From Giardia intestinalis (lineage: Eukaryota), in assembly GCA_000002435.2 (NCBI GenBank), contig CM018792.1: a stretch of DNA of 64,000 bases; one strand, written 5' to 3'. The stretch's first letter is position 1, and every line of letters starts with the position of its first letter. The notes below the pieces were generated by a model. That model was not told the origin of the DNA. It searched no databases and worked only from the letters and a program-made list of their open reading frames with translations. The position numbers and the translations under genes are program-made. Below are positions 41,101 through 49,888 of this stretch, piece after piece.

Positions 41101-44100
41101 GGTTCATGTCTTTACTGAAGCTTTCTGCCCAATCGTTATATCGTTCCCTGATGAGTGCCTTCATTGGTGCAATATAGACGATCTTTGGATACACCATTGT
41201 AGCTTCGTTAGATTTAGCCTGGTATCTGTCGCGAATGTGCTGCAAAATAGCTAGCTCAGAGCATGTTGTTTTTCCAGAGCCGGTAGGACACCCTATAATG
41301 ACATTTTCTGATGTATAAAACAGTTTGTGAAACATTACCGATTGTAATAGGTTGAAATAGCTAAATCGTCTTCGAAAGTATGACTCCGCCTCGGGCCAAT
41401 GCAAAGCTTTGATAGACAAGGGTGGAATCAGTGGTATTGGGGTGAAGGATAGATTGGTATCTGTATATAATACTGTTTTCGAGTCGTTAAGCTTGGGATA
41501 TACAACGCTGCCATCGTTGAAGACTTGATAAGACTCTTCAGTTGCAGTGAGCACAGGCTTCAATGAAACCTCTGTCCTTTGCCTGATTAAATGGCCTCCA
41601 AGCCAAAGCTCCGGAAATGTTACGACAACAAGCCTTGCTTCGAGCACCATGGCTTCAGTTGATTGAGTCGCTGTCGCTCTTGGCACGATATCAAGTTCGG
41701 CATTATCTTCTAGTTCTCGTGTATATTCGCTGTAGGACTTCACCTCCGTACCAGGTCGTCGCGGCCTCCAACTGCCAACCCTCAAAATCACAGTCGTTAT
41801 ATAGCCGCGAGAATAGGTCTGCTCCGTAAGCGTTACCCGCTCATAATGAACAGCGGAATTGGTAGTCTGACTATACACTATAACTAAGAAATCCATAGAC
41901 TCTCCGTGGATGGCCCTATTCCACCGAAAAGCCGCAGTGCATGATAGTGAAAGACGGAGAATGCGATTAGATACAGGGTAAAGAGAGGCTTTGGTAATCA
42001 GCCTGGGCACGAAGGCTATGCTCTCATGAAGCTTCTTCGCCTGGCTGCGGTCGTATATATATGTGGAGATATCATCAACGGTCATAGAGAAAAATGAGTT
42101 GGGAGATGGAAAGTCCTCTGCGTTCTTGTGATGTTCAAAGTCGATGATAAGTTTCTCCGTCAAAATTTCACCCACTCCTTGGCGCTTTCTAACTTCTAAT
42201 GTCACAAGGTAGTGATTCTTGATATGCTCCATTGATCCAACCGGTGAGCGAACAATTGGCCAAAATGGAAGAGACGTCTGGAACCAGCGCTGGTACTCAA
42301 TGCTGCTCGCCAGATCATACAGCTTAAGCGCCTCTGAAACCCTCTGAAGCACAAGTGAGGCCTCAGCAAAAGCACGTAGAATCCGAGGAGCGACTGTCAC
42401 ACAAAGGCGTTGGTCTGTTGCTAGACTCTGAACACGAAGCCTCCACTGGGAGATAAAGCTTTGAAGAATAACGTTAACCTTGTAGGGCGCACTGTCAATA
42501 TCCGCTGTATTCGTAATATTGAGTCTGCAGATGGCTTGTGAGTTGGATTGGCTTTGGAGAGAATCACGAAACTTCCGTAAATCTTTTTGTGAAAATGCCT
42601 CCGAAGCAGACACCTTGTTGCTGCGGCGGTCACTGGTTGTGTCGTTGGAATAGAAACCAAGGTATTCGAAGCTGTCCCCACTCAAGAGTGACAGCTCCTC
42701 CAGCTCTGACTTGCGCATAATGAACTTTGAAAAGTCTGAGCACTCACAAAGACATCCTAGGAGAGTGTCGTGAGTGACTCTTCCGACGACTGAATCCTTA
42801 ATGAGTGATATAAATCTGCAAAAGTTTCTGAAGGAGACGTAGTAATAGCTACAAATTCTTCCTATTTCAGTCGGAAATAGATGCTCGTTATCGGTATCAA
42901 GTGTTACGACTTTGTTGCTAGCCAAGTTGAGAATTGCGTTCATGACGCACTCCCTTAGAGTATGATCTAAGGATACAGATGTGAATAAGTTTCCATTGCC
43001 TCGTGAGTCTGACTTTGTGATCCTGGCGCCATAGAGCCATGGCATGTTGACCACACGAGTAGCTAGGAAGCTGCGTCGTAAAAGCGAAACACAGTCAGTT
43101 ACAGACGAGACGTTACCCAGGATTACTTCTGCATTGAGGATGTCCGGAAGAGCCTGCTGCATGTGGGATTCAATCGGTGACTCATTATTTAGCAGCCTCA
43201 CAAACGTGTCCAGCTTTTCTATATCGGTCAATATAATGCCATGGCCTACCTCTCCAGATGCCGTGTACTGGGGGCGCCCAGCACGTCCAAAGATCTGTTG
43301 GATATCTAGGACGTCTATATCTGTTGCCTTAGTTATCTGACCAGCGACCCCAGCAGAGAAAATATCTGTGCCTCGTATGATGACGGTGGAACATGGCATA
43401 TTGACACCCCAAGCGAGAGTAGCAGTGCAGCATACAACGCGGATCTTACTATCTCTGAAGAGTTGCTCAACAGTCTGCCTTTGGCTCTTTTCCATGCCTG
43501 CGTTGTGATAGGCAACTCCACAGCCAATAAGTTGGGACAAATCATCTTGCTTGCCACTGGAGATACTCCTCAGGATATTAGAAGAAATATCAGGCGTGGG
43601 AATGGCTCCCTGTTGAATCAGTGCGCGGAGCATATCCCCAATCAGTCTGGCAAGGATCTGTGTGCCCATGCGACTGTGGACAAACACAAGAACCTGATTC
43701 TGTCTTTGCAATAGCTGCTCCTTAACAAGAGAGACAGTAACAATGTCCATGACGTCGTGAGAGCTGTACCCCCGCATGTTGCTCATAGACCCTGAGGTTG
43801 AGGCTTGGGAATCTGTCCTCTTTGATAGCACATGAGTCATCTTGCTCTGGAACTTCTCCAGTATCTCATGCTCAGACTCAACTAGTCCCTTTACTACAGG
43901 GAAACAGTGTGGTCTGGAAACAGAACAGAAAGCACGCATTTGCTTTGAAAGTGGCTGGTTGTTAAGCTCGTCGGGTGCGTACTTTTGCATGTAATAATAG
44001 ACGTCTGAGAGTTGCAGAGGATCGCTGGGATCGGAACTGCTTTGAGTGGTCAGACGATTGAGTTTCTCCTGGTTGACTGTGAGCTGAGGCTTTATGCCAA

Positions 44101-45376
44101 TTATTGTCTGTGCCAGCGGAACTGGCCTATACTCTTGACCATAGTACAGAAGGCCTGCTGGGGGGACATGTAGAAACTCTGCCACATCCTTATAGTTAGG
44201 AATGGTCGCGGATATGCCGACAATACGCATGAATTTCTGAGTCGTTTCACTGTATTGAAGTGTGCGCATGATAATGGATTCAAGAACCGGTCCTCGCTCA
44301 GAAACGCCGAGCAAGTGAATCTCATCGATGATAAGTAGAGTTTGCCGTTGAATCAGGCTAACCTCTCCAACCGGTTTCCTGGTTAAGACGTCCCACTTTT
44401 CCGGCGTACAGATCAGCAAATTCGCCTCTAGTAACTTGGCTTGCGGCGGCGCCTCATCACCAGTACACTCTAGTACAGTCAATCCCAGCTTCTCCAGTTG
44501 CTCTGTAAATGTTGTAGTCATCTCAGACGCCAGGGCCTTCATGGGTGTTAGATAGACAACCAGTTGGGTACTCTTTGCAGAAGAGGGAGGGGTAGTGGTG
44601 GCCTGCTTTGGGATGACGGGTGCATTAGAAAACGTTATGATGTGCTGCGTAGGCTTGGGCTTATCGTCGCTCGGGAGGAGTAAGTCCGATGAGAAAGCAC
44701 GGAGCATGCAGAGCAAGGCACACACCGTTTTTCCTGCACCAGTAGGCGCACAAAGAAGGACATTGCAACTGTTATTGAAGAGAACCTCATAGCTTTCAGA
44801 CTGAATACGATTGAAGTGCGTTATTCGCTTGGGAAAAACCTTTTGATACTCTAGGGGCAGATCAGAGACAGGTCGCAGAGACGAAGTAGTGGAAGTAGAG
44901 AGCACGGGGACATGGGGTATATAAATGGTTTGTGTGATTGTAGACGGAATGGTTATAAGGGAGGAAAGGTGGGTAGCGTCCTCAAGATTCTCCTCGGAGA
45001 CATAAGGGTGAACATCTGATTGTTGAGAGGCTTGCTTTGACTTTATATTAATGGATATGCGATTGGGCAGAGTTTCTTGCTTGGCAGCCTGCGTCGAAAG
45101 AGCAGCTTGAGTGTCAGAACTAAGCTGTCCTAAGCTAGTACCTGGGCATAACAATGTAAACATCTCGACATAGTCCTCTCGGTTGCTAAGAATGTCATTG
45201 AATAAAGGGTCATCTAAGACACTGTATGACAATAATTCAAGCAGGCTGTTCTTGATCTCTTCATTGGAGCTGGGTGAGGCAAGGATCTGCATGACTGCTA
45301 GGAGCATCTCCTCGTCCGTGATTTGCATCCTTTGTGCATACGGGGAGAGAAGCTTCAGAAGAGTGTGAGACTCCAT
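38111..45376 (-). CDS. tandem DExH-box (Ski2-like) helicase with two helicase-Sec63 cassettes, Brr2/Slh1(ASCC3) family
   Basis: The length is 2421 aa. Cassette 1 has LLCAPTGAGKT and LIIDEIHLLGVSERGPVLESIIMRT. Cassette 2 has IIGCPTGSGKT and MIFDELHLVGTTRGYVLESIICRMRY. Helicase C motifs (IQQIFGRAGRPQY / IIQMAGRAGRPQY) are present. ATG at 45376. Confidence 0.8.
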   Translation of the reverse strand: MESHTLLKLLSPYAQRMQITDEEMLLAVMQILASPSSNEEIKNSLLELLSYSVLDDPLFNDILSNREDYVEMFTLLCPGTSLGQLSSDTQAALSTQAAKQETLPNRISINIKSKQASQQSDVHPYVSEENLEDATHLSSLITIPSTITQTIYIPHVPVLSTSTTSSLRPVSDLPLEYQKVFPKRITHFNRIQSESYEVLFNNSCNVLLCAPTGAGKTVCALLCMLRAFSSDLLLPSDDKPKPTQHIITFSNAPVIPKQATTTPPSSAKSTQLVVYLTPMKALASEMTTTFTEQLEKLGLTVLECTGDEAPPQAKLLEANLLICTPEKWDVLTRKPVGEVSLIQRQTLLIIDEIHLLGVSERGPVLESIIMRTLQYSETTQKFMRIVGISATIPNYKDVAEFLHVPPAGLLYYGQEYRPVPLAQTIIGIKPQLTVNQEKLNRLTTQSSSDPSDPLQLSDVYYYMQKYAPDELNNQPLSKQMRAFCSVSRPHCFPVVKGLVESEHEILEKFQSKMTHVLSKRTDSQASTSGSMSNMRGYSSHDVMDIVTVSLVKEQLLQRQNQVLVFVHSRMGTQILARLIGDMLRALIQQGAIPTPDISSNILRSISSGKQDDLSQLIGCGVAYHNAGMEKSQRQTVEQLFRDSKIRVVCCTATLAWGVNMPCSTVIIRGTDIFSAGVAGQITKATDIDVLDIQQIFGRAGRPQYTASGEVGHGIILTDIEKLDTFVRLLNNESPIESHMQQALPDILNAEVILGNVSSVTDCVSLLRRSFLATRVVNMPWLYGARITKSDSRGNGNLFTSVSLDHTLRECVMNAILNLASNKVVTLDTDNEHLFPTEIGRICSYYYVSFRNFCRFISLIKDSVVGRVTHDTLLGCLCECSDFSKFIMRKSELEELSLLSGDSFEYLGFYSNDTTSDRRSNKVSASEAFSQKDLRKFRDSLQSQSNSQAICRLNITNTADIDSAPYKVNVILQSFISQWRLRVQSLATDQRLCVTVAPRILRAFAEASLVLQRVSEALKLYDLASSIEYQRWFQTSLPFWPIVRSPVGSMEHIKNHYLVTLEVRKRQGVGEILTEKLIIDFEHHKNAEDFPSPNSFFSMTVDDISTYIYDRSQAKKLHESIAFVPRLITKASLYPVSNRILRLSLSCTAAFRWNRAIHGESMDFLVIVYSQTTNSAVHYERVTLTEQTYSRGYITTVILRVGSWRPRRPGTEVKSYSEYTRELEDNAELDIVPRATATQSTEAMVLEARLVVVTFPELWLGGHLIRQRTEVSLKPVLTATEESYQVFNDGSVVYPKLNDSKTVLYTDTNLSFTPIPLIPPLSIKALHWPEAESYFRRRFSYFNLLQSVMFHKLFYTSENVIIGCPTGSGKTTCSELAILQHIRDRYQAKSNEATMVYPKIVYIAPMKALIRERYNDWAESFSKDMNLSVMEITGESLPAASALYRADIILATPEKFDAISRQWQWKKYIQMIGLMIFDELHLVGTTRGYVLESIICRMRYLSELLALDRGVSDQPSQLRIIALSTVSANTGDLARWLNVKDISGIFNFNSAARPVKLETHIQGFPGWHYSPRMTTMNRPIYTAIKKYSPRLPVLIFVASRRQTRRTAMALISFAEMDSSAPPCLRSDGSNCEYLQSFVQDPDCKLTIGHGVGLHHAGMTHADRTAVEKLYLNRKISILVATSTLAWGLNLPAFMTIIKGCEYFDGTVSRYVDYDTTDIIQMAGRAGRPQYTLDRLRDKFATGIFGEDAFDYLVSNKIIDQAYIMSSGGRFPNKEAVVDGLTRFTEQAPSIQNMGKDIVRDVINGIELQLQSEPQSVCFIFCKTCMKEFYKQFFSEPFPFESSMISCTNTSPIVAAMMKKKATNIKHQTTHFPDIINAEVASFGSRTMFELRNWLQNSFLYIRARRNPLFYNIFPDPLVENLQEMLEKADFEDTSYTPTRELQEMEAAFRLYLGISSVDDHRLVSRRDSKLFCRTGVYLIKLANRKTLRDFIITQEIYAWIETALLELSDNKFISLHKKPPKAQDTPTRLYFQDIDVKVKNILAVPTPLGEIVSRYYIRTRSGALINTWLTGETHTLQSYLDMLVRCEEFQEIPIRHNEDRDSALLLQKYLWDGKREFSGALIRYNMPDDITCTEPSFKAHILLQAQLVRSSLQGAFELPVVDYWLDLVTIIDAAIRITVATVEIALAKRLSRSIVQTVVQLSQGLVQGLWPNMEPMLSISSLRNALQSNKKTFQKLSANGISTLQQLVDEFHKLGRKQLTEFLGKHQLLSGIQRKELCEELMKYPNLIIRATITRINRPANIPDKSKHTGKFVCVIISLKHVSSIQASPFPQQFSSEVYKKSKPHTWFLVLSESETDTVIDYKRLSGFARERSQEFIIPFVSSLCISALSDCFLGMDKEITIDLSELSLNEPMVFELRSTQV

Positions 45377-45415
45377 TAAGTATTCAAAAAATGAAGCCTC
45401 AATCTTTAATCATTA
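45377..45415. promoter_or_regulatory. 39-bp AT-rich divergent promoter between helicase (-) and the 894-aa gene (+)
   Basis: The sequence taagtattcaaaaaatgaagcctcaatctttaatcatta lies between two divergent ATGs. Confidence 0.4.
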
Positions 45416-48100
45416 ATGCCGATACTTTCTATCGTTGATGCACATATTGACCCAACAGGCTCTGTCCAGGCTGTGATGGAAAAGGTGAGTGATATACCTG
45501 ATGATTCCTTGGAATTAGAGGCAGAGGCACTAAGCACATACTTGCAGGTCATCTTTAGTGCGGAAAGTGTGCCAAAGGACAGCATACAAAATCTCCTTGT
45601 TGCTCTTGATAAGAGGTGCATTGACCTACTGTCCTGTCACATCCGGCTTCCTCTCTGCGTCCAGGCTCTTGGGGAGACGCTACGGGGCGCCTTATCAGAA
45701 TTGAGCATAGAGCACGGGAGGCCCCGTGATCGTGACATTGACAGCTCAGGACATGCAAGCGAAATCGTTTGCTCTATGCTTTGCTACTCTGTAAGCGCAT
45801 GTATCTCGCTTTCACAATCTATAGGGCTCAGGGGGCTCATTAGAACCTTAGACAGTTATCTCCCCAAAGGCCCCATTTTTGACTTTATTATTCAGCGCTG
45901 CCTTTCTTCCAAGTTCTTCACACCAAATACAGAAACATTGTTAAGCGGCGTGGATACTCTCTGTAGTAGGGGAAAATATGCCACCCTTTCAGCGTCTATC
46001 TCCATTAGCAACACTTCTGTAGCCACAGATATTATAGCGCACTTGTTAGCATGCCATTCGCGGGACTTTTTTCGTGTGTTTGCAACCAGCTTAGAAAGTG
46101 AGGGCCATCGGGCATCTACACTGCTAGAATCATTTACACTAGAAGTACTTACTCAACGGCTGACAAAAGTTTTTCCCTATGATGCATCCTCTATGCCTAC
46201 TTCGTGGATAGGTGCCTTTGTCACCTATGTGGTGGAGTCTACTAGTGACCTCACATTCATGGCTGCTTTCTCCAGTTGCTTCTTCACCTGGATCTTCCAG
46301 TTTCATTCGATTTCTTCGAGTGACGCAACTGCGCAAGACGTCTGGGCTTTTACACTTTTAGACAGATTGGCTACTGTGATGACAATGTGCACGCGGGCCG
46401 CAGAACGATTTCTGCGTGGAATGTGCACGTGCTTAGCTATGCTCACACATGCTGAAGTGCACACTTTCATTTTTAGACAAACCAGCAGGCCACAGTCAGC
46501 ATCTCTAGGGGCTGAGCTCAACTTGATTATCGCAATACTAACGAAATTAGTTAAGGCAACACGCATGTTCATGCAGGTCTCGCCCGCCTTAGAGTCGAAC
46601 CAGCTTCTTCTCATTGATACTGCCGTGCCATATCTTCAAGCACTCATTCTCTCGGATAGAGATGCAGCCACCAAGCAGCTGAACACTTTCGCAGATGCAC
46701 ATGCAATTATTAACATAAGTAAAGGCTTTGCCGATTCTCTTGCATCAAGGAGTGATCTTCTGTTGTATATTGTCACCAACAACATCACATTACAAGGAGT
46801 TACTGACCAGAGTCAGGAACAAAGCTCTACCCTGGCTTTAACCACGCACACCACCATAACAGAAGACCCGGATAACACAGGTCTTGTTTCAATTGCCAGC
46901 ACAAGCCGTATCGCCAGTACATCGTTGTCCGGGCTTCTTGCAGATGTTCTCGGCCAAGAACCTATTCCAGGAGATCTGCTATCAAACCTCCACAAATCAA
47001 TACCAAAGTCTTTGGAGGAGGCCATCTCTCTCTTGCAGTATCCATCTGGGCAGCCGCAGTCTCGCTACTATCACATACTATCCCTTGCATCTCTGCCTCC
47101 ACTGATTAAAAATACATCTCAGATTATCATCATCAGTAAGGCCCAAGAGCTACTGGACTCCGTTCTTTGGTTAGACGACATAGCCACCTTGCAAACAATC
47201 AAGGGTAAGAGTGCGTGGCATGTACTGAAGGCCCGGTCCATCTCTAGCGCAATAGAAAAGGCACCTTATGTGGTGGGTACCACGCTTATCGAGCGCTCTC
47301 TTCAGAAGCACAAGGCCACAGTGGGGGGCTTTATAATTGGACTCCGTGCTGTGACTGAAATCTCCCACCGACTCACAGCCAGGCAAGCACTCTGCCTGAT
47401 AAGTACACTTAACAATCGCAGTCAGATTTTTTTCCATAAGATAGAGCTCACAGAGCCAGTCTTCTTCACCCTCACTAGCCTAGTGGATACCATTTCTAAA
47501 TCCGCAGACAGGCAGGTTCTGTGTTGTGTTCCTCTATGCTGCGATAGCTATGCTGACCACGTAGTAAGGAAGTGTCTACTTTCTGCAAATGGGTCAGTTA
47601 GCGAGTCTGTTACAAAGGGAGAGAAGCTGTTTATAGCCACAGTAATACACGCTTGTGCTCAAACAACAGGTGCTCTGAGGCTCTTGCTCTTTGAATTCTC
47701 TAAGCGAAATAATGCACTGAAACAGCCAAATGAGATAGAGGAAAGCTCTTTGCCAGCTTCGCTCCTACTAACAAGCACAGACTCTCTGGGACGAGCTCTT
47801 AAGTCATTTTCTGCAGTAACTAAACTTTCGCAGTTGTCAGAAGAAGGATGCGACATATCCATCGGGAATATAATTCATGGTACAAGCGCAGAGCTGGTGG
47901 GAAGCCAGATGGACTACTGCCAGTCTCTACAGGGCTTTGATGTGATAGATAAGATAACACAGATGTTCTCGAGTAAGTCATCGATAGATGCCGAATGTAG
48001 AACCCTATTGCAGGGAGCTGCAGAGAATATTCTGGGCTTCTTTGGCCTTAAAGAATACGGTGAGCTACTTCTTGAGAAGACTAGCTATCATCAAAGTTAA
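45416..48100 (+). CDS. hypothetical protein (894 aa)
   Basis: A complete ATG..stop ORF with a helical, Leu/Ser-rich composition. The 3' end overlaps the downstream convergent gene by ~20 bp. Confidence 0.5.
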   Translation: MPILSIVDAHIDPTGSVQAVMEKVSDIPDDSLELEAEALSTYLQVIFSAESVPKDSIQNLLVALDKRCIDLLSCHIRLPLCVQALGETLRGALSELSIEHGRPRDRDIDSSGHASEIVCSMLCYSVSACISLSQSIGLRGLIRTLDSYLPKGPIFDFIIQRCLSSKFFTPNTETLLSGVDTLCSRGKYATLSASISISNTSVATDIIAHLLACHSRDFFRVFATSLESEGHRASTLLESFTLEVLTQRLTKVFPYDASSMPTSWIGAFVTYVVESTSDLTFMAAFSSCFFTWIFQFHSISSSDATAQDVWAFTLLDRLATVMTMCTRAAERFLRGMCTCLAMLTHAEVHTFIFRQTSRPQSASLGAELNLIIAILTKLVKATRMFMQVSPALESNQLLLIDTAVPYLQALILSDRDAATKQLNTFADAHAIINISKGFADSLASRSDLLLYIVTNNITLQGVTDQSQEQSSTLALTTHTTITEDPDNTGLVSIASTSRIASTSLSGLLADVLGQEPIPGDLLSNLHKSIPKSLEEAISLLQYPSGQPQSRYYHILSLASLPPLIKNTSQIIIISKAQELLDSVLWLDDIATLQTIKGKSAWHVLKARSISSAIEKAPYVVGTTLIERSLQKHKATVGGFIIGLRAVTEISHRLTARQALCLISTLNNRSQIFFHKIELTEPVFFTLTSLVDTISKSADRQVLCCVPLCCDSYADHVVRKCLLSANGSVSESVTKGEKLFIATVIHACAQTTGALRLLLFEFSKRNNALKQPNEIEESSLPASLLLTSTDSLGRALKSFSAVTKLSQLSEEGCDISIGNIIHGTSAELVGSQMDYCQSLQGFDVIDKITQMFSSKSSIDAECRTLLQGAAENILGFFGLKEYGELLLEKTSYHQS

Positions 48101-49826
48101 TTTCGCAAACACTCTGCTGAGCGCAATCCGGATCCTCTTTCTCGAAGAAGCTGTCCACCTCCAGACACTCCTTTTGGGGGCACTCCCCATCCTGCACTTG
48201 CCAAGGAATAAACTGTCTGGGTCCAGATTGATCCAGCTTCAGAGGAGGACTTGTTGACATTGGTTCTTTCTCCTGTGTGAGCTGGCTGATACAGCATGTG
48301 CTTGAATAGCTGTAACAAGTATATTCATTCCGTCTGTGTCTCCTGTGTATATCTTGAGATGCACCTAACCTGTCGCTTTGAGAAAGAGACGATGATAGTG
48401 TTGGCGTACTGAAGGTCATATTGGTGCGTGATAACAAACTGTCAAGTATGCTGGCAGAGAAGGGTTTGGAACTTGATGATTGCATGCTCATGGGAACTCC
48501 CCAGCGTTTCAGAGTCCAGTCCACGGTGTTAGAGATGTTAACAGAGTAGCTATCTAGCTTGTTGATGGAGGAAACGCCCTGTTCTTGATTAGAGGGGTCT
48601 TTGAGCAAACCCAGAGGTCTATCAGAACAATATTTAAATCCAGAGTTATAATAGTTCTCCTCTGACCCTTGAGCTCGCGCTACAGGGCTCTCTGGCCGCT
48701 CATCCAACACACATATACTGTCATCCATTGCTACACCATAGAAGGTATTTAGTGTGGGGAGAGATCTGGAAGAGAAAGGGTAGAGAGCCGACATCCCGTG
48801 CTGGAATGGACAATTAATCCACTCATAAGCTAATTCAACCGGCGTTTCCCCTAAAGGCTCCATATCATCTTTTGGCCGTTCTGGGACAACAATAATCGGG
48901 AACCCACGCTGATCTGTCTCCCGCATACGTGAGTAAGACCCAGCAATCAAGCGGCAATCGTCTATCCAAACAGATCGGGCGCTGTGTCGCGTTGTTATGC
49001 GTGAGTAATACTCAAGCACGTAATTATTCCTGCGATTGTAAAAGAAGACAGCATCATTGGATGAAAGTACAGCAAGGTGCGTCTTATTGAACTCTCCCCA
49101 CAGGACACTGCCGCTTTCCACAGACGGCTCGACTAGGTTACAAAGCAACGAAGTTGATCGAGTATCCCATATCCTAGCCGGGGTGCCTGGCCTTTCTACC
49201 GATATAAAGACCTGCTTTGATGTCTCCATGTGTTGCTTTATACACACTTTTGCATTATTGGGGCATTGCTCTATTTTCGGTACACTGTCAAGAGAGTAAG
49301 TGCGAGTAGACAGAGAGCCAAATCTATTTATCTCGTGCAACTGAAGCTTGTTAGAGCGGAGGTCTACCCAGCCAAATGTGCCATTTGTGAAGCCTAAAAG
49401 AACTGTATTCTGATCGCCCGGAGCAGTAGACAGAGATGAAATAGGAGCGTGAAGTGGAATGTCTTGTGCATGGAGATTGTCCATGCAACACGTCGTAAGC
49501 GTGTATCCCCGTGCTGCCAGTATATATCTCCCTAGAGATGCCAGATCAGAAACGGAGGCGGGAGCCAGCGTTCCCGGCTCTGTGAAAGAGGGAAGGGTTA
49601 ACGCAGGCGTGGGGCTGTTCAAGGAAAGTGCATGGACCGTCCCCTTGCGGGTACCGGCAATAACCAAAGAGTGGCCGGGGTGGGCACTGGTTATAGCTGT
49701 GATTGCAAAAGGTGTAGCGGCCGCATAATGAGCAACGTAGCTAGCATGGAGGTGTCTGCAGGCACGCTGGCACTCAGTGAACGCGTCCGCATGAGTCCCG
49801 AGAATGTGCTCGATTTGCTGAAGCAT
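48081..49826 (-). CDS. hypothetical WD40-like repeat protein (~581 aa)
   Basis: The track ORF starts with TTG at 49895. The in-frame ATG at 49826 is preceded by the very AT-rich ttattttaataaatataatttatttgaatggATG. GTRKGTVHALS and IWDTRS, resembling WD-repeat motifs, are present. Confidence 0.5.
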   Translation of the reverse strand: MLQQIEHILGTHADAFTECQRACRHLHASYVAHYAAATPFAITAITSAHPGHSLVIAGTRKGTVHALSLNSPTPALTLPSFTEPGTLAPASVSDLASLGRYILAARGYTLTTCCMDNLHAQDIPLHAPISSLSTAPGDQNTVLLGFTNGTFGWVDLRSNKLQLHEINRFGSLSTRTYSLDSVPKIEQCPNNAKVCIKQHMETSKQVFISVERPGTPARIWDTRSTSLLCNLVEPSVESGSVLWGEFNKTHLAVLSSNDAVFFYNRRNNYVLEYYSRITTRHSARSVWIDDCRLIAGSYSRMRETDQRGFPIIVVPERPKDDMEPLGETPVELAYEWINCPFQHGMSALYPFSSRSLPTLNTFYGVAMDDSICVLDERPESPVARAQGSEENYYNSGFKYCSDRPLGLLKDPSNQEQGVSSINKLDSYSVNISNTVDWTLKRWGVPMSMQSSSSKPFSASILDSLLSRTNMTFSTPTLSSSLSQSDRLGASQDIHRRHRRNEYTCYSYSSTCCISQLTQEKEPMSTSPPLKLDQSGPRQFIPWQVQDGECPQKECLEVDSFFEKEDPDCAQQSVCEINFDDS

Positions 49827-49888
49827 CCATTCAAATAAATTATATTTATTAAAATAAGAGGATTGGAGGTTCGTAAGACTAACCAATG

